From NCBI GenBank assembly GCA_046563655.1, contig CM102286.1:6448001-6512000 (forward strand): 64,000 nt of DNA, written 5' to 3'. Both the position numbers and the translations under genes were made by a program. Below the pieces are notes generated by a model. The model was given only the letters and a program-made list of their open reading frames with translations, was not told where the DNA came from and did no database searches. The DNA comes from Yuukianura sp. NJ FZ-2021 (lineage: Eukaryota). Of the stretch, positions 14,301-27,400 are shown piece by piece (the stretch's first letter is position 1; each line of letters opens with the position of its first letter).

Positions 14301-15984
14301 GAATTCAAGATGTGTTGCCCTTGACGGTGTCCAAGTGCAAGGAAAGTTCTTTGCCCTTCACATTTTAAATTCTTGACTTTGAGAATTTCTCTGAAAATTT
14401 TTGCGGAAGCGTCTAAAGTATTGCAATAATCCGAGTTTTGGAATTATGTGGCCGCTATATTGGCGGGTTTCCTGGATGCAATAAGTTCTAAAGCTCTTTC
14501 TCCTGATCCTGGAAGGTCATAATTGCAATGGAGATTGGAAAATAAGAACGGAGCGGGAAGATATACGGGGGAAGAGAGACATTAGAATCATCCCAGACAC
14601 TTTGGTTCTACAAACTTAAGAACCTCATTTCCAGCTTCCCCATTTTACCGAAAGCTACTAACTTAGATGAAAGCTTAAGCCTTAGTAACCTGAGTTAGGG
14701 TAGGATAAGTTCACGTAATGCTGTCTACCTCGAAACCTTGGGAAGTCAAGGTTGTACTAAGAAATTCACGCCTTAGCGTCATTCCTGCGTCCTTTTAGAC
14801 TAGGTTCTCCAACTTCCTATTGAATAAAGTCTGGGAAAGTGGTACTGGTAAAGAAAGAAAGGAGACGTTTATTCTCGTTAGGCTTTCTTCGTTTCCTTCC
14901 TGCTTTCTTGTAAAGCAAGGCGGAGAAAGTAGAGGGAAGGGATAGGAGGACTCCTTTTACGAAATGAAATACGCAAACAAATATATACGATGACTCGGAA
15001 AGCAGTATATGGAAAAAAGCCAATTTCGTATTTCTTCCAATCCTGAATCCCTTCCCTCCTTTCTCTAGAACTGGAAGAATATGAATCGCATAGGAAGAGA
15101 CTCAGATTATTATTAGAAAGGATCTAAATCCGGAATTCACTTTCTCCTCTTCTCCTTAGAAAAACTACAAAAAGTTCAACCAGATTCTTATTTCCTAGTC
15201 AATACTTTGCGTTCTACACAGACAACCTCAAGTCTAGATTTATATTTTAAGGTTATATTGTTAGGTTCAGGTCACGCCGGCTACGTTTTGTAGATTGCTT
15301 TAGTTTTATACATATATTGAGATTCGATTCCATTTGTTCCAAAAGTTTTCATCAAGAGAAAGCACTTAGGTTTAGCTTTCACCTTAACAAAAATGCAAAA
15401 CTTCCTTAATCAGCCCACATAAATTTCCATTCTCAGAAGTTATGCGTTCGTAAAAACAACAAAACTGCTTTCTCCTCCTGCTATTACTGTCAATGTTTTA
15501 CCCTCTTCCTAACAAGGTGAAAAAGTACAGTACGATCCAATTTTAGCATAGAAAGAGTAGAAGTTCGCTTTTTTTTATTTTGTTTATAAAAACCAGACCT
15601 AAGGTTTTAGTGTATTTTTAAAAATTCAGGAAAAAAAATTTGAGTAACGCTGTATGTATTAAGTTAATTGTGCTAGATTCTGTTTTTCTTACTAATACTA
15701 ATCCTTTTCAACATAATCTTCAACCGACCAAAGGAAAACATTAAAGGGAATTTACAATTCATCAGATCGTATACATTTCGCACATAAAAGGCCGCATATG
15801 CCAATTTGGATTTGCTCTAATGCTCTTAACGTTGGTTGTCGTCAGTAAGACAGGAAGAGATAACTTGTATTTTCTTAAAAGCTTTGCGCTATTTGATGAC
15901 ACGATGACGCAAAAGAAAAAGTTGTAATAACCAGTAAATAATATGAAAATCCTACAAATGACAAAATAAGTTGCATTGAATTGC

Positions 15985-16798
15985 TTGTATTTTCCCTAAT
16001 AGTACACCGTACTTTAATAGTACACCGGGTCCCTAATAGTACACCGGGGTCGGGGCCCCAAAAATTAATTAGTACACCGTCCCAAATAGTACACCGGGTC
16101 TCCAATAGTACACCGGGTATTTGGTCTTTGGTAATACACCCAAGGAGTATGCCCATGCCCAGTGTTGCAGCATGCTTAAACATCCAGTGGCTTAATCCAT
16201 CCGGATATCCAGTAGAATAAATGGGGTTGTAGTGGACGGTGAATGCAACAAATTAAAAATTCAGCGGAGTTTAAATAAATTTAACTATTATAAAATAATT
16301 TATTTGCATTTTAAACCGTTTCTTGATATGCGCACCCATTGACGAAATATCGAAAAAGTGGATTTCCAGCAACTCTGAGTATATGCCTACTGGAAAAGTT
16401 TAGTTATTAATTAAATTAGTGTTGGTGGATGGATAAAATACTTCTTCCACTTCCCTCAAAAGTGGTGGATATATCCGGATTTTCTTGGTTTCTTCTGGAC
16501 GAAACTTAATTTCGTCCATCTGAAACTGGATTTCATCCGGATTTATCCATTTATCCACCTTCTACACACGTAATTCTACAAAATACACATCATTTAGAGG
16601 CTTCTTTAAAATTTTTGCAAGCAAAATTCGAATATTTCTTGCGTAATTTCTATGAGAGGTGAGTAAAAAATAAGATGCTTTTTGGAAAAAAGAATTAATA
16701 CACCGTCCCTAATAGTACACCAGCTCCCTAATAGTACACCACCCCCAGAAGTCGAAAACAAAATTAGTACACCGGGTGTATTATTTGGGAAAATACGG
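15985..16798. mobile_element. Non-autonomous TIR element, probably Tc1/mariner-pogo type, with nested insertions
   Basis: Imperfect TIR GTATTTTCCCTAATAGTACACC / GGTGTATTATTTGGGAAAATAC, right end followed by TA, and about ten subterminal AATAGTACACC copies. The left end is degenerate. Confidence 0.7.
16160..16377. mobile_element. Shorter, inverted copy of the same MITE family
   Basis: ATGCTTAAACATCCAGTGGCTTAAT is the reverse complement of sequence at 55445-55469; the right end AAAGTGGATTTCCAGCAACTCTG matches the other terminus. Confidence 0.75.
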
Positions 16799-17594
16799 TA
16801 AGAAAATTCGTATAAAAATGGGGAAGTTTCACTCTAATCTTTTTGTTTTGATTTACATTAACTTAAGTACCAAGTTGATTGAAGTCGTTTAGCAGCATGA
16901 AAGGCGGTAATTTTGTTGGACAAAGTCAAAACTGTTTTGGATTTCGTTTTTAAGGAGTGTACTGTAAAGGGCCTTAGACAAAAGGAAAGTGTTTATTGAG
17001 CTCAGTGGCCCTGCCCACCAAAGTCCTTAATAAGTCCAATTAATTGCTAACGTGTCAACTGCAACCCTGTTGTTGAGCGTCAAAGGCATTTCTTAGAAAA
17101 GCCGGTTTATGTCAGTTGTCTCCCCCGCTCTTTCATCTACCTACACCCAAGTGACAACAATGGATTCACAAGAACTAATTTTCTCAACCTACAAATTCTG
17201 AATCGAGTTCACAAGATACACACAAAAACAACTTGAACCGTATGTTCAAGTTTTATGTTAACAAAAAAAACTGAACATAGATTCAAGATGTTTACACAAA
17301 ACTTTGGAACACAAAACCACAGTATTTAATTCATGACTAAATTGAATTAAATCCCCAAGTTCAGTACTAAGGTTACCGTACACAAATTTTAAATTCAAAA
17401 ACTAACAAAATATCCAACAAAAGTTGCTCCGAAAATTTTCAAACACCATGTCTTGTGTTCAAAAGTTTAGTGAATTCATCTTCTCCATTTGATTGGCCAC
17501 TAAAACAAAGCTAAAAATCAAGACCAAGCCACTTGATTCGTCCAGAGCATAGAAAATTTTGAATGCTTTGAGTTTCAACTTCCTTTTGAAAATC

Positions 17595-17970
17595 ATGCTG
17601 ACCGAAGAGGAGTGGTTGCGCATAACACAGTCATTTCCCATCAAACCAGATCAAAATCCACCAAATCCTACAAGCTCAACTGTTGAAGTCGATCAAGTTC
17701 AACCAAAGCCTAAATCTGACCCAGAGCCTATTCGATTTCAACCCGCTGTGACCGTTGATCCACAAGTTTCTCACCATCAAAGCCAAATGACACATGAAAC
17801 CACCATGGAAAAGATGCATTTCAAAATCAAATCCCTTACGGCCCAACTTCAAACTCAAAACCGTAAAATAGAAGAACAGGAATTAGAAATTTTCAATTTA
17901 CGCAGAAAATTGACTCAAAGAATTAGCTGTGCACTAGATCCAGAAGTTCCCACGAGTGATCAAGTGAAAG
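17595..17970 (+). CDS. Nested antisense gene, exon 1; hypothetical coiled-coil protein (242 aa spliced)
   Basis: aatcATG start inside ORF 17559..18029, phase-1 donor AAG|gtagac; P/Q-rich N-terminus followed by a heptad-like segment (IKSLTAQLQTQNRKIEEQELEIFNLRRKL). Confidence 0.7.
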
Positions 17971-18036
17971 GTAGACAGAAATTCAAAACCAAATTTTTCC
18001 GAGTTGACAAAAATTTTCTGAAATTTTGAAACCAAG

Positions 18037-18174
18037 GTTCATCAGAGCACGACCTATTACAGGAGCGTCTTCAAACCTTGGAAAAGAAAATAGATACAAT
18101 TATAACTCATAAATGTAAAGGAAAGCAGCTTGACGAACCGGCGCTAAAGTTTGAATCATCAGAAGATACTCAAG
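18037..18174 (+). CDS. Nested antisense gene, exon 2 (SSEHDLLQERLQTLEKKIDTII...SEDTQ)
   Basis: Follows a 66-bp intron; 138 bp, stop-free, phase 1/1; donor AAG|gtatga. The acceptor (ccaag|) is weak. Confidence 0.65.
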
Positions 18175-18251
18175 GTATGAAAAATTTCTTTACTGTTAAG
18201 AAATGGTTGTGCGAAAACTATTTTTTGTTAATTTTGGCGAGTGTGTTGCAG

Positions 18252-18466
18252 ATTTGAAAACGGAAGGCAGAAGAAGAACGGTGATGCGCCCCAGAACGAA
18301 TTTAGCAGCAAACTACAGAATTGCTGCTCATGGGGTCACAGTCAACTCAGACGCATCAGAAAACGTCAACTTCGAACAAAAAATAGAAAACTTGGAAAAA
18401 ATTGTAGACAATTTGAAAGACCTAATGTTTAGGCTCGCTTTAAAATATACAGGAAATAAAAATTAG
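18252..18466 (+). CDS. Nested antisense gene, exon 3 (DLKTEGRRR...FEQKIENLEKIVDNLKDLMFRLALKYTGNKN*)
   Basis: Follows a 77-bp intron with acceptor gttgcag|; frame matches ORF 18203..18466; AATAAA overlaps the last codons. Confidence 0.68.
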
Positions 18467-21400
18467 TCAAGCTAATAACTTTGTTTTTCATGTTCAACTG
18501 TCACCCTGATCTCACAGTTAGTTAGACAATCGTTGCAAACAAATTAGACCTACCAGGATCCAGTTTAACGTGAATCTTCAAGCATTTCTTGTAAAATTTT
18601 CAAGTGTTTCTTAAATTCACAGCATGACATGACTTTTTTGAAGCTTTCAAGATTCAAAAATGTACATCCATGCTTCATCTTCTGATGCTGCAGCTTTGTA
18701 AACGGCATGACCGTGGTGGTAGTGGTGGGTCTGCCAAAATCAATTATGCAGTTAGCTTGTTTTGTAAGACGTGGGAGTGGGTCGATTTCCACTTGTGTAC
18801 CAAACAACATGGGGAAAGAGTGTCACCCTTTATACCAGAGTCTGGGTTTAATAAGAAAGCTACATCGGCAACTTGCCAAAGGTCATCCACCACATCATCA
18901 TCATCACTATGATCATCACGGTGATGCCAGAAGGAACCGTTTGATCATAAACCGGTCTCTCTCCTTACTAAAAACTTCAGAAATGTTCCCAAGTCGAGGA
19001 GTCTCATAATTATTCAGCAAAGCTTGTCCTTCACCGTAACAGTTTTTGACCACTTCAAAAAATTTCCCATCCCACAACAGTTCATGGACTTAAAGCTTTG
19101 GTTCAGGCTGAAGGACTCTTCAACTCCCAAAGTTATGGTAATTTTAGGAATTACACATAACGACATAACTGCAAAATGTTTAGGTAACAATGGGATGCAC
19201 CTTGTGAAAAAAGTTTTTGGTCATGCTCATCTTCTTTCGTTGTAGTTAGATGCTAAGATTTCTTCAAAAAATATTTTGAAAAGCGGTACTTATTTCAAAA
19301 ATTATTTCAAAATGGAAGTCACGACAAAAAGAGATTTGCGGTTAGTAGGTTTTGGCAACAAAATAATATTTTTCTAACACACAAAAAAATGACACGAACG
19401 ACAATGAAATTGCAATTTGTACTTGTCAATCTTCAAATTCTAAAAAAGTGTTCCACTCTCCAAGCCTGTTTTGAACTAGATCCAAAACCCATCTCAACAA
19501 GGTGCATCTCAACATACATTTTGTGCTATAAATCTATTGACCTGGTATTTACACTTTCAAAATTCATCTTCGACGAGTATGGGTTTGTGACAAAACCAAA
19601 ACAATTTAGTACCCTACTACTCCAATATTTGTTTACTTTACAAGAACTGGGCGAAAAAGAAATGTCAACTTTAAAAAGGAAACCGGTTACCTTACATTTT
19701 ATTTTTATTTTGCTTTGCCCAACTTTTGAAACTTGTTAAAACTAACAACCGGCAGAAATTCTGCCGTAGAATGGAATGGCACTCAGATTTGAAACCGCAG
19801 ATTATCCTTGCCGAGTTTCAAATGACCAGATTGCATGAGAAGAAAACATATCGTAGTTTCAAAGTCCGAAATAAGATTTCTGGACGGGGAAAGTAATGTC
19901 CCCGTGTGGAGTTGCAATTCAAACTTTTATGACAAAGATGGAGAAGTGTGGTGGATACTTTCTCTACTCAAGTCTAAGACATATTACAACACAAAAGCTT
20001 AACTGTAGTCGTAGTAGTTTTACTTATTGCTATTGACCCAGGCAGAATTAGAAATGGGAGAGCTTTTATTTTACTTTCTTGTGGTTCTGGTCATAAGCAA
20101 AGTGTGCAGTTTACTTGATTTGGGTTTTGTGTCCTAGGCAACTTGGATACACAACATAATGAAAGAATAAGCCTCCTGGCATGATTGCAAAGCCATAACT
20201 TCCATTTGTGAAACTACTTTCTCCATGTGCCACTGAATGAGTCCCTATCCTGTCACCGGTCCCTAAAAAAATCTAAAAAAAATTCTAAATACGAAAATAC
20301 GTTCAACATAAAACACGCAACTCAAAAGTCTCCTGAAAATCATTTTCTAGAATTTGCATGCAACTGCTGACATATGGGAGACAACGGAGTCTAATTTTCT
20401 AACCCTTCATCGCTTCCACCAGCAAAAAAAAATCGAAAAAAAATTGATTGTGCGGAGCGCTTTTAATCAACTTTTTCTTCAAAGTATTAGCAAAATTATT
20501 CGATCCGTTAACGCTATGGTTAGATTAAGGTTAAGGTTTATAGTTTTCAATCATTTGCAAATTAAGTCAAGTTTTTTCATTTAAGTTCAAAAATCAATAT
20601 TGATTTGTTAAACAAAGTTGAACTGGTTAAGTATTAAACCTTCTTACGTCGTCTTCAATCTGGAAAAAATCGGATTCAAATCGATTTTTTCAGAAAGCAG
20701 GACAATTTCAGTTTCGATTGACAAAAGTGGAACAATTGGCAAGTATACCATGAAGTGTTTTGTTCCGGACAAAATGACAAAAGTGGGAGTCGTTCAATTT
20801 AATGTATCCCAAGGTGGAAATTACACTACGAACAGAACCTCAATCGAAACGGGTTGTGACCCAGCACAAAACAAATTTAGAACTTTGAAATTACTTGTCA
20901 AATTACAATTTTTTTGGAAATTCAATTTAAACCTGCTTTTTCTTACGTCTCTCATGGAATTGAGATTGTTCCCAATTCAACTTTAAAATCAGAGTGTTGA
21001 TGTTACCGTTTTCCGAAACAGCTCCATTTACCAGCAACTTTTTAGTTCAGTAGAAAACCAGACCATTTTCGTAGTGCAGCAAACTTTCACAAAAGTTTGG
21101 CGGCTGATAAAACAAACAAGAAGCTCTAGAAGATTCACTTTCTATTCCGTTCCACCCAGAGCTTTCACAAGAACCAATCTCTCTACACAGTTACAAAGCG
21201 ACTCCAGATTCCAACTGAAGAGGGAAGCCGGTCTTCTAATCTATGGTCCGTAAAATAACGTGGGAAGGACCACAGTCAAAGCAAATTCTGTACGCAGTGA
21301 AAGTAGAAAATCAAAGAGAATAGAATTCTACGATTTGAGAGGATTCAGAGAGGTGCGCGTCCATTTCTGCATCAACTCTTTCACACTTTTAACGACTTCG

Positions 21401-24400
21401 GCTTCTGACATTACTCTAAAAAGCCAATTTAAACACTTTTAGAACATGGAAGTGACAGAGCGCAGTCACCTTTGTTTGAACTTGTTCACACGTTTACGAA
21501 AAACAGAGTAAAAGGTACTTTCACTTTGGCGCTAGTTAGCATCAAAACGTGTTAACAGCTCGCGGGTCACAAAACGTTCTCTCCCGTAGATTATTTACAA
21601 AACACCGAAAGTGAAACTGCCTACGGCACTTCCAACTACTAATCAGTGCCGATCAAAGCAATTCCCAGTAGAAGATTATCTATGAAAATGATTTGAACTG
21701 AACGTTTTCGACGAATTTCGAAAAAAGTTTCGATGAAAGTGATTTGAACTAAAACCAATGTATTGGATTTTTAGCCTAGACTAACCCGAACATTTCCTGC
21801 CTAAGTGGTTGCTCTGTCAATCCTGCGTGGCAGTGATACCCCTACCAGCTTACTTTCTCTCTTCCACACTCAGCCCACTTTCACTTTTAAAACGGAGAAA
21901 AGGCGGCAAAAATTCAATTCCAAGTTGGTCCATTGTTCTCAGTGACTTGAGACCAGCGCAGCGAGGAAACAGCACAAAGTACCATCAATTCCAGCTCCGT
22001 TTTCAGCCTTTCCCGTTGAGGGGCCCCCTGACAGCATTCAATTAAAGGGGTCGCCCACACAGCCTGTGACCTCCATATATCCACAACTTGTCTTTCCTTT
22101 TCTCCATTTCAACACCCGATTAGAATTTCTTATGGAATTGTTCTCTAACTTTCCAAACTTTCACTTAACTACACCGTACTGCACACTACGTCTTCCCTTT
22201 CATCGACTTTAGATAGCCCATAGCTCAGAAGAAAACTATCGCATGGCCATTTAAGCTTACAGTGAAATCGCATCAGATAGGCAGGCTATAATCCTGTAGC
22301 ATAGCTCAAACTTAAGTGGCAGTAGGTTATACTTCGATGTTTTTTTCTATGTTATTTAAAAGTTAACGTCAAAATTTGCATATGATTTTCCAAACTTGAT
22401 TTATTTTTATTTTTAGCAACTTGCTAAAAAGATTTAAAACTTCGGAGTTGTAAATTCGTGTAGTCACGCCACAAATTAAAAACTTTCGCTCAAGTTTTCA
22501 TCCTGAAAAGCCAAAACTATTTCTCTTTTCGAAAAACTTTTTTGTCTTTTGTGCAGGTACATTCTTCCATAAAATTCTTCCATAGAAGACTTAATTGTAC
22601 TGTCCACTCCTCGCAACTTTCTTCTTTTTATAAATCGTGCCATTTCACAAACGAAGTTTCTATTTACTCTATCTTTCAAAAGAAAAACTTCAAAAGGAGA
22701 GCAGAAAAAAGTGAAAGTTCAATACGAATTTCCACACCCACTCCACTCCAACAGCAGTTGATCTTATTCTTTGACCAAAACTTCATTCAAAAGTCTTCTT
22801 CTTGCCAAAAACGAAAAAAAGAAGAATTCTGAAGTGGTGTAGCCCACATCATCAGTCTTAGTAATCAAGTTCCTTCCTGTTACAACATTTCCAGTGAACC
22901 AGTGAAAGAGCAAGGGAAGCACCAGGTGAAAGGAGAGTTAAAAAAAGAAGACTTCTTTCAGAAAAAAAGAAGTTTTTCCAAAAAGAATTATTTCTGAACA
23001 GTGACAATGGAATTCCAAGGAAATTGAATCCATTCAACCGCCTTATTCTCACCCTCTCCTCGTTCCTCTCTTCGTTCAATTGAATCACACCAAAATCAAA
23101 TGACTTTCTCCCAGTCCTCTTCAAATAAACTCGTTCCTGGAAAGGTCAAGCCTAACCTAAAGCAGTTACGTAAAAGGTCATCACCTTCCCACTACTACTG
23201 CCTAGCCTAACGCATTTACACGTTTTATTTCAAATCCTGGCGCTTTCGTGTCAAAAGGAAATGGAGGGGCTAAGTGTTGTGTCTTCCAAGCGAGGGGAGT
23301 TGGGTGATGAAGCAAAAGAAAGCGATTATTCAGGCTCTCTTGGGCGCTTACTTGCGCCATAAGTCCAAGCACGAATGAACTTCCGCGTTTTTGTAACTTT
23401 CGAAAAAAAAACCTGACCTAACGTAACGTAAACAGACTACTGCACTGACCAATGTCCATTTGAGGTTCTTGTGGATCGCAAACGAGATTTTCTTATAGAA
23501 GGACACGGCTTTCTGCTCAATTCAATTCTTCTCCAGAGACTCAACAATTTCCAGGAAGAGAGTCAGGCTTAATCTAAGCTGAAACGGGAAAAAATGATTC
23601 CAGGCTTTTGGAAAACGTCTGCTTTTGCGTTGTCCAGAATTTCGTTTCCCAAAAACTGACCAGGTTCCGCATTTAATGTAATTGAATTCTAACGTGAAAC
23701 ATATGGCCTAGCCTAACCAACTTCTTCATCTAACAACAACCGTTCCTTGTAAGAAGGAAATTGCCAAAAACCAAAGTCAATTTTTTTTACTTCCTCCATC
23801 AGAAACCAAAATGAGCGATAGAGATATCTGCGAAGAACGGGGCGTTTATTTGATAAATTTCGTACTTTCCCCACTCATTTATTTCCTCTTGATACCAAAA
23901 CGTCAAGATTCAAGACACTTCTACCCCCGTTGATATATTGGCACAGAAACTCCAAGGAATTGTTATCATCTGTCCCGTTCCAATCACTTCTTTTTTTTAG
24001 AAAACAGACAGAAAAAAAATCCTAAAAATAAAAATTTCTAAGAATAAAATGGCGTTTTTACATTTGACTTTTATGGATTTTTTTTTAGAATTTCTAGAAT
24101 CAGTTTTCCTAAAATAGAATCAGGAAATGGGGACTTTCTGTTCGCTCGAAACAAAAATTCTTGTGTAAAAGCGTTACTGGAGCGCCATAGTGCAAACTTT
24201 CATATTTCAAACCAATCCTTTTTTTTTCTAAACTTTTTATTTTTATTGAATTGAGATGTAAAATCCAGAATAATTCGTTGGACACGACACGAGAAGTGAT
24301 ATCCTGACAAAGTGGTTTAGCTTCTTCCAGAAAAAGGTCAAGTAAAGGAGGATTTGGTGCTGTAGATTTGAGTTGAATGTGACATAAAAGAAAGATGACC

Positions 24401-27400
24401 AGAAAGAAAATAGCAATCCTCAGCACAAAGATGGCTGGGAAAAGCTCAACTCCTTCTTGAAAAGACTTCCAAGAAAGGATAGATTTTTGACTTTTTTGGG
24501 AGTTCTTAAATTCAAAAGGCCAAAGACCAACAGTGTACTCAGCTATAAGAAAAGCTTCAAAGGAATTACAAGCTTCCAAACATAACCCAAAGGAAAACGA
24601 AAGCGGACTTTCGAGTTTATTTCAAAACTGGACTTTCTCCCGCCTCAAAAACAAACTTCTTCTGCGTTTAACTTTCACTTCAATTCACATCCAGCGGAGA
24701 CTAGCCTAACCTAACCTAACTTTTAAGGTAGTGGTAGATACAAAAGCTTGAATCATGCCTCCTAACCATCGCTTTTCAAAAGATCTTCACCGCCCACCAT
24801 CTTCAAACTTTTGAAAAGTCATTGCTCATACTGTTCAAACAAAGCTCCATCAAGCGACTTACTCCACGCTAAAGCACAATATTGTTCTAACGACTCTGTC
24901 TCTAAGGACTTAATCCAAAGGCTTAAGCTAAATATGAGGATTGAGCAAGTTTCAGTGATCTTGTGTCCATTAATTACCAGTATCTCTCACAGCCCAACTC
25001 TGCGTTCATTAGGCCTGCTGTATTCTATAGGCGTTGTCTAATTCCTAAATTCTCATTTCGCCAGTTCGATTCTGCTGGAAACTGTAGGAAGAAACATATT
25101 GTGATGCTTAACGATCAGAAGATCTAAAAACAAAGCTGCCTCTAACTGGAACAAAATACAACTTAAGTCCCCTGTATGTGTTTAAAATCCGGCGAGAAGA
25201 TGACGTCAATTCCTGTCAAAAATCCACTGCACTATTACACATAATGTTTCCCAATTTCACTGTTTAACCAGCAAAATCCAAAAATTCAGAGTTCCCCAAA
25301 AATTTCATTTAAAATTTGTCGAAAACCGAGAGTTATCTCTCAAAACTGGAATGTGAAAATCCAAAATCTAGTATTGTAGTTGCACTGCACTTTTTATAAT
25401 TATATGCATAAAGGCAGTAAAAAACAGAGTAGGGAAAGCATGCTTACATCATTTAGCCTACGCTAAACCAAGTTAGTTTGGATTAGGTTAAGTTAGCCTA
25501 ACATGATCTAAATCCACGATAAAGGTTGCATTCACGATATGTTAGGCACATCTGAGCATTCACAATTAAAAATGCAAGTTAGCCTCACTCCTTTGATTTT
25601 TTTTTGACTTCGGATTATTTTCCCGACTTCTCTCCCAATTTTTTTGAAGGGATTCTATAGACGAAAGTCCTTGCAAAAATTGATTAAATTTGGCGTGCGT
25701 TGAAGATGCAGATGCGCCAAGTTCCTTATCCATTTACCCTACGTTATTCGTTTACAAGAGCAGCAGAGTCCCTTCCATATTAGCTAAATTAATAAGAAAA
25801 GAACTTTCTTCTGCCTCTGCGGAAGTGCAGCCAGATCAAAACAGAAAGTGAAAGTGGAAGCATAACTTCTTTGAGTTATTTTTACCTTAACAACCTAACG
25901 TAACAATCCCACTGAGCCCCTCTTTTCCATTTCTTCCGCTACTTTCACTTTCCTTTTAGCCGAAAGGACAAAGGAACTCCTTCCGTTCTCGTTTTTTAGT
26001 AAGAAAACTTTAAAAGATTAGACTTTCGATGTAATGAAGGATGGAAACGGAGGTTGTGATAGTCAAAGTATGGTTTTCAAGGGACTGAAACCTGGCAGAA
26101 GCATAGGTTCAGCTTGGGAAACCGCGTTTCAGTTTCGTAAATCATTTCTTATGCATATGTTATGTTAGACGTTAGCTTATACATATGACAATTTCTCTGT
26201 CTAATTTAATATTCATTTCAGAATAGGGCACAAGAGAAAAGTCTCTGATTTCAGCAACGGCCTCGAAACTTTTTATGACAAATCCTTTTCACTGCCTTGC
26301 AAAGTGAAACGTAACAGCGAAAATTGCTCCCATTCCAAAGTCTCCTCCTTTCCCCATGTTGCAGTTTATATTGCAAAAATTGTCCCGGAGGGAATTCTAT
26401 CAGATTCGTCATAACAAAAACCTTATGGTCAATTTCATGTGCTAGCTACTCCCTCCATTCGTGTTCTGAAAAAAAAATTCCATCAAAATTTTAATAACGT
26501 CGAATTCTTTCCTTCGCTCCCATTCCATATTTCATAACAGTCACAGAAATATGAGCAAGAGAAAAGTGAAATAAAATTTCAATTACGTTATTACACAGGA
26601 ATTGGACAAAAATTACCATTAAATTTTCCTATAAAATTTAAATTTTTATAAAAATGCTCCTTTCCTCCTAAAATTTCAAACACATGGCTCCGTTTTCCTT
26701 ATTTTTTACCAGTAAAGTGAATTAAAATTTTAAATTATTCGAAATGTCTTAACCCAGAACTTTAAACTGAACATTATGAGTTTCGTGTAGCCCATACATA
26801 AAGTGATAATTTTACGCGACAAGTTTTGAATTCCACGGATATGTAAAGTTAGGTTAAGTAGGTTAGGTTGTGAATATCGTATGTAAAATATGACCTTAGT
26901 AGATTAGGTTAGGTTATGTTCCTGGTTTAAAGATAATTGTTTTTCAAATCAACATATTTTTTGGTTAGCCCAAGAGAAAACGTGCTCAGAATTGAAATGT
27001 GCGCTGGATTTAATTGAATCTTAGCTCTACGGATGAAGTTTTTGAAAGAATATAAATGGAGGATTAGGTTGGTCTCTCTCCGTTCCTTGAGATTTTGTCA
27101 TTCAAATTCAAGGAAGGAGTTTGAAGATCACTAGGAAAGCATAATGTTGAACATGATGCATCAGGACAAAGATCAACCAGAAGAATAACAGATCTCAGGA
27201 AGTGTATTCTACGTGAGGTTCCTTCTTCTGAGAAGGATGAAGATGAAGACATTTGGAACGAGAACAAATCTTCACTCTTAAAGCCTTTAGCCTGACTAAT
27301 TTAAAAAAGAGAATTTTCAAATAAAAAAAACTGAATTCCCATGAACACGTTCCAATTCAACACACTCTAAGATTCCGTGAAGAAAATCTCCGCCACTTTC

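Noticed and set aside
15875..16220. Overlapping ORFs of 102 and 79 aa
   Set aside because: Derived from the subterminal repeats of the non-autonomous element.
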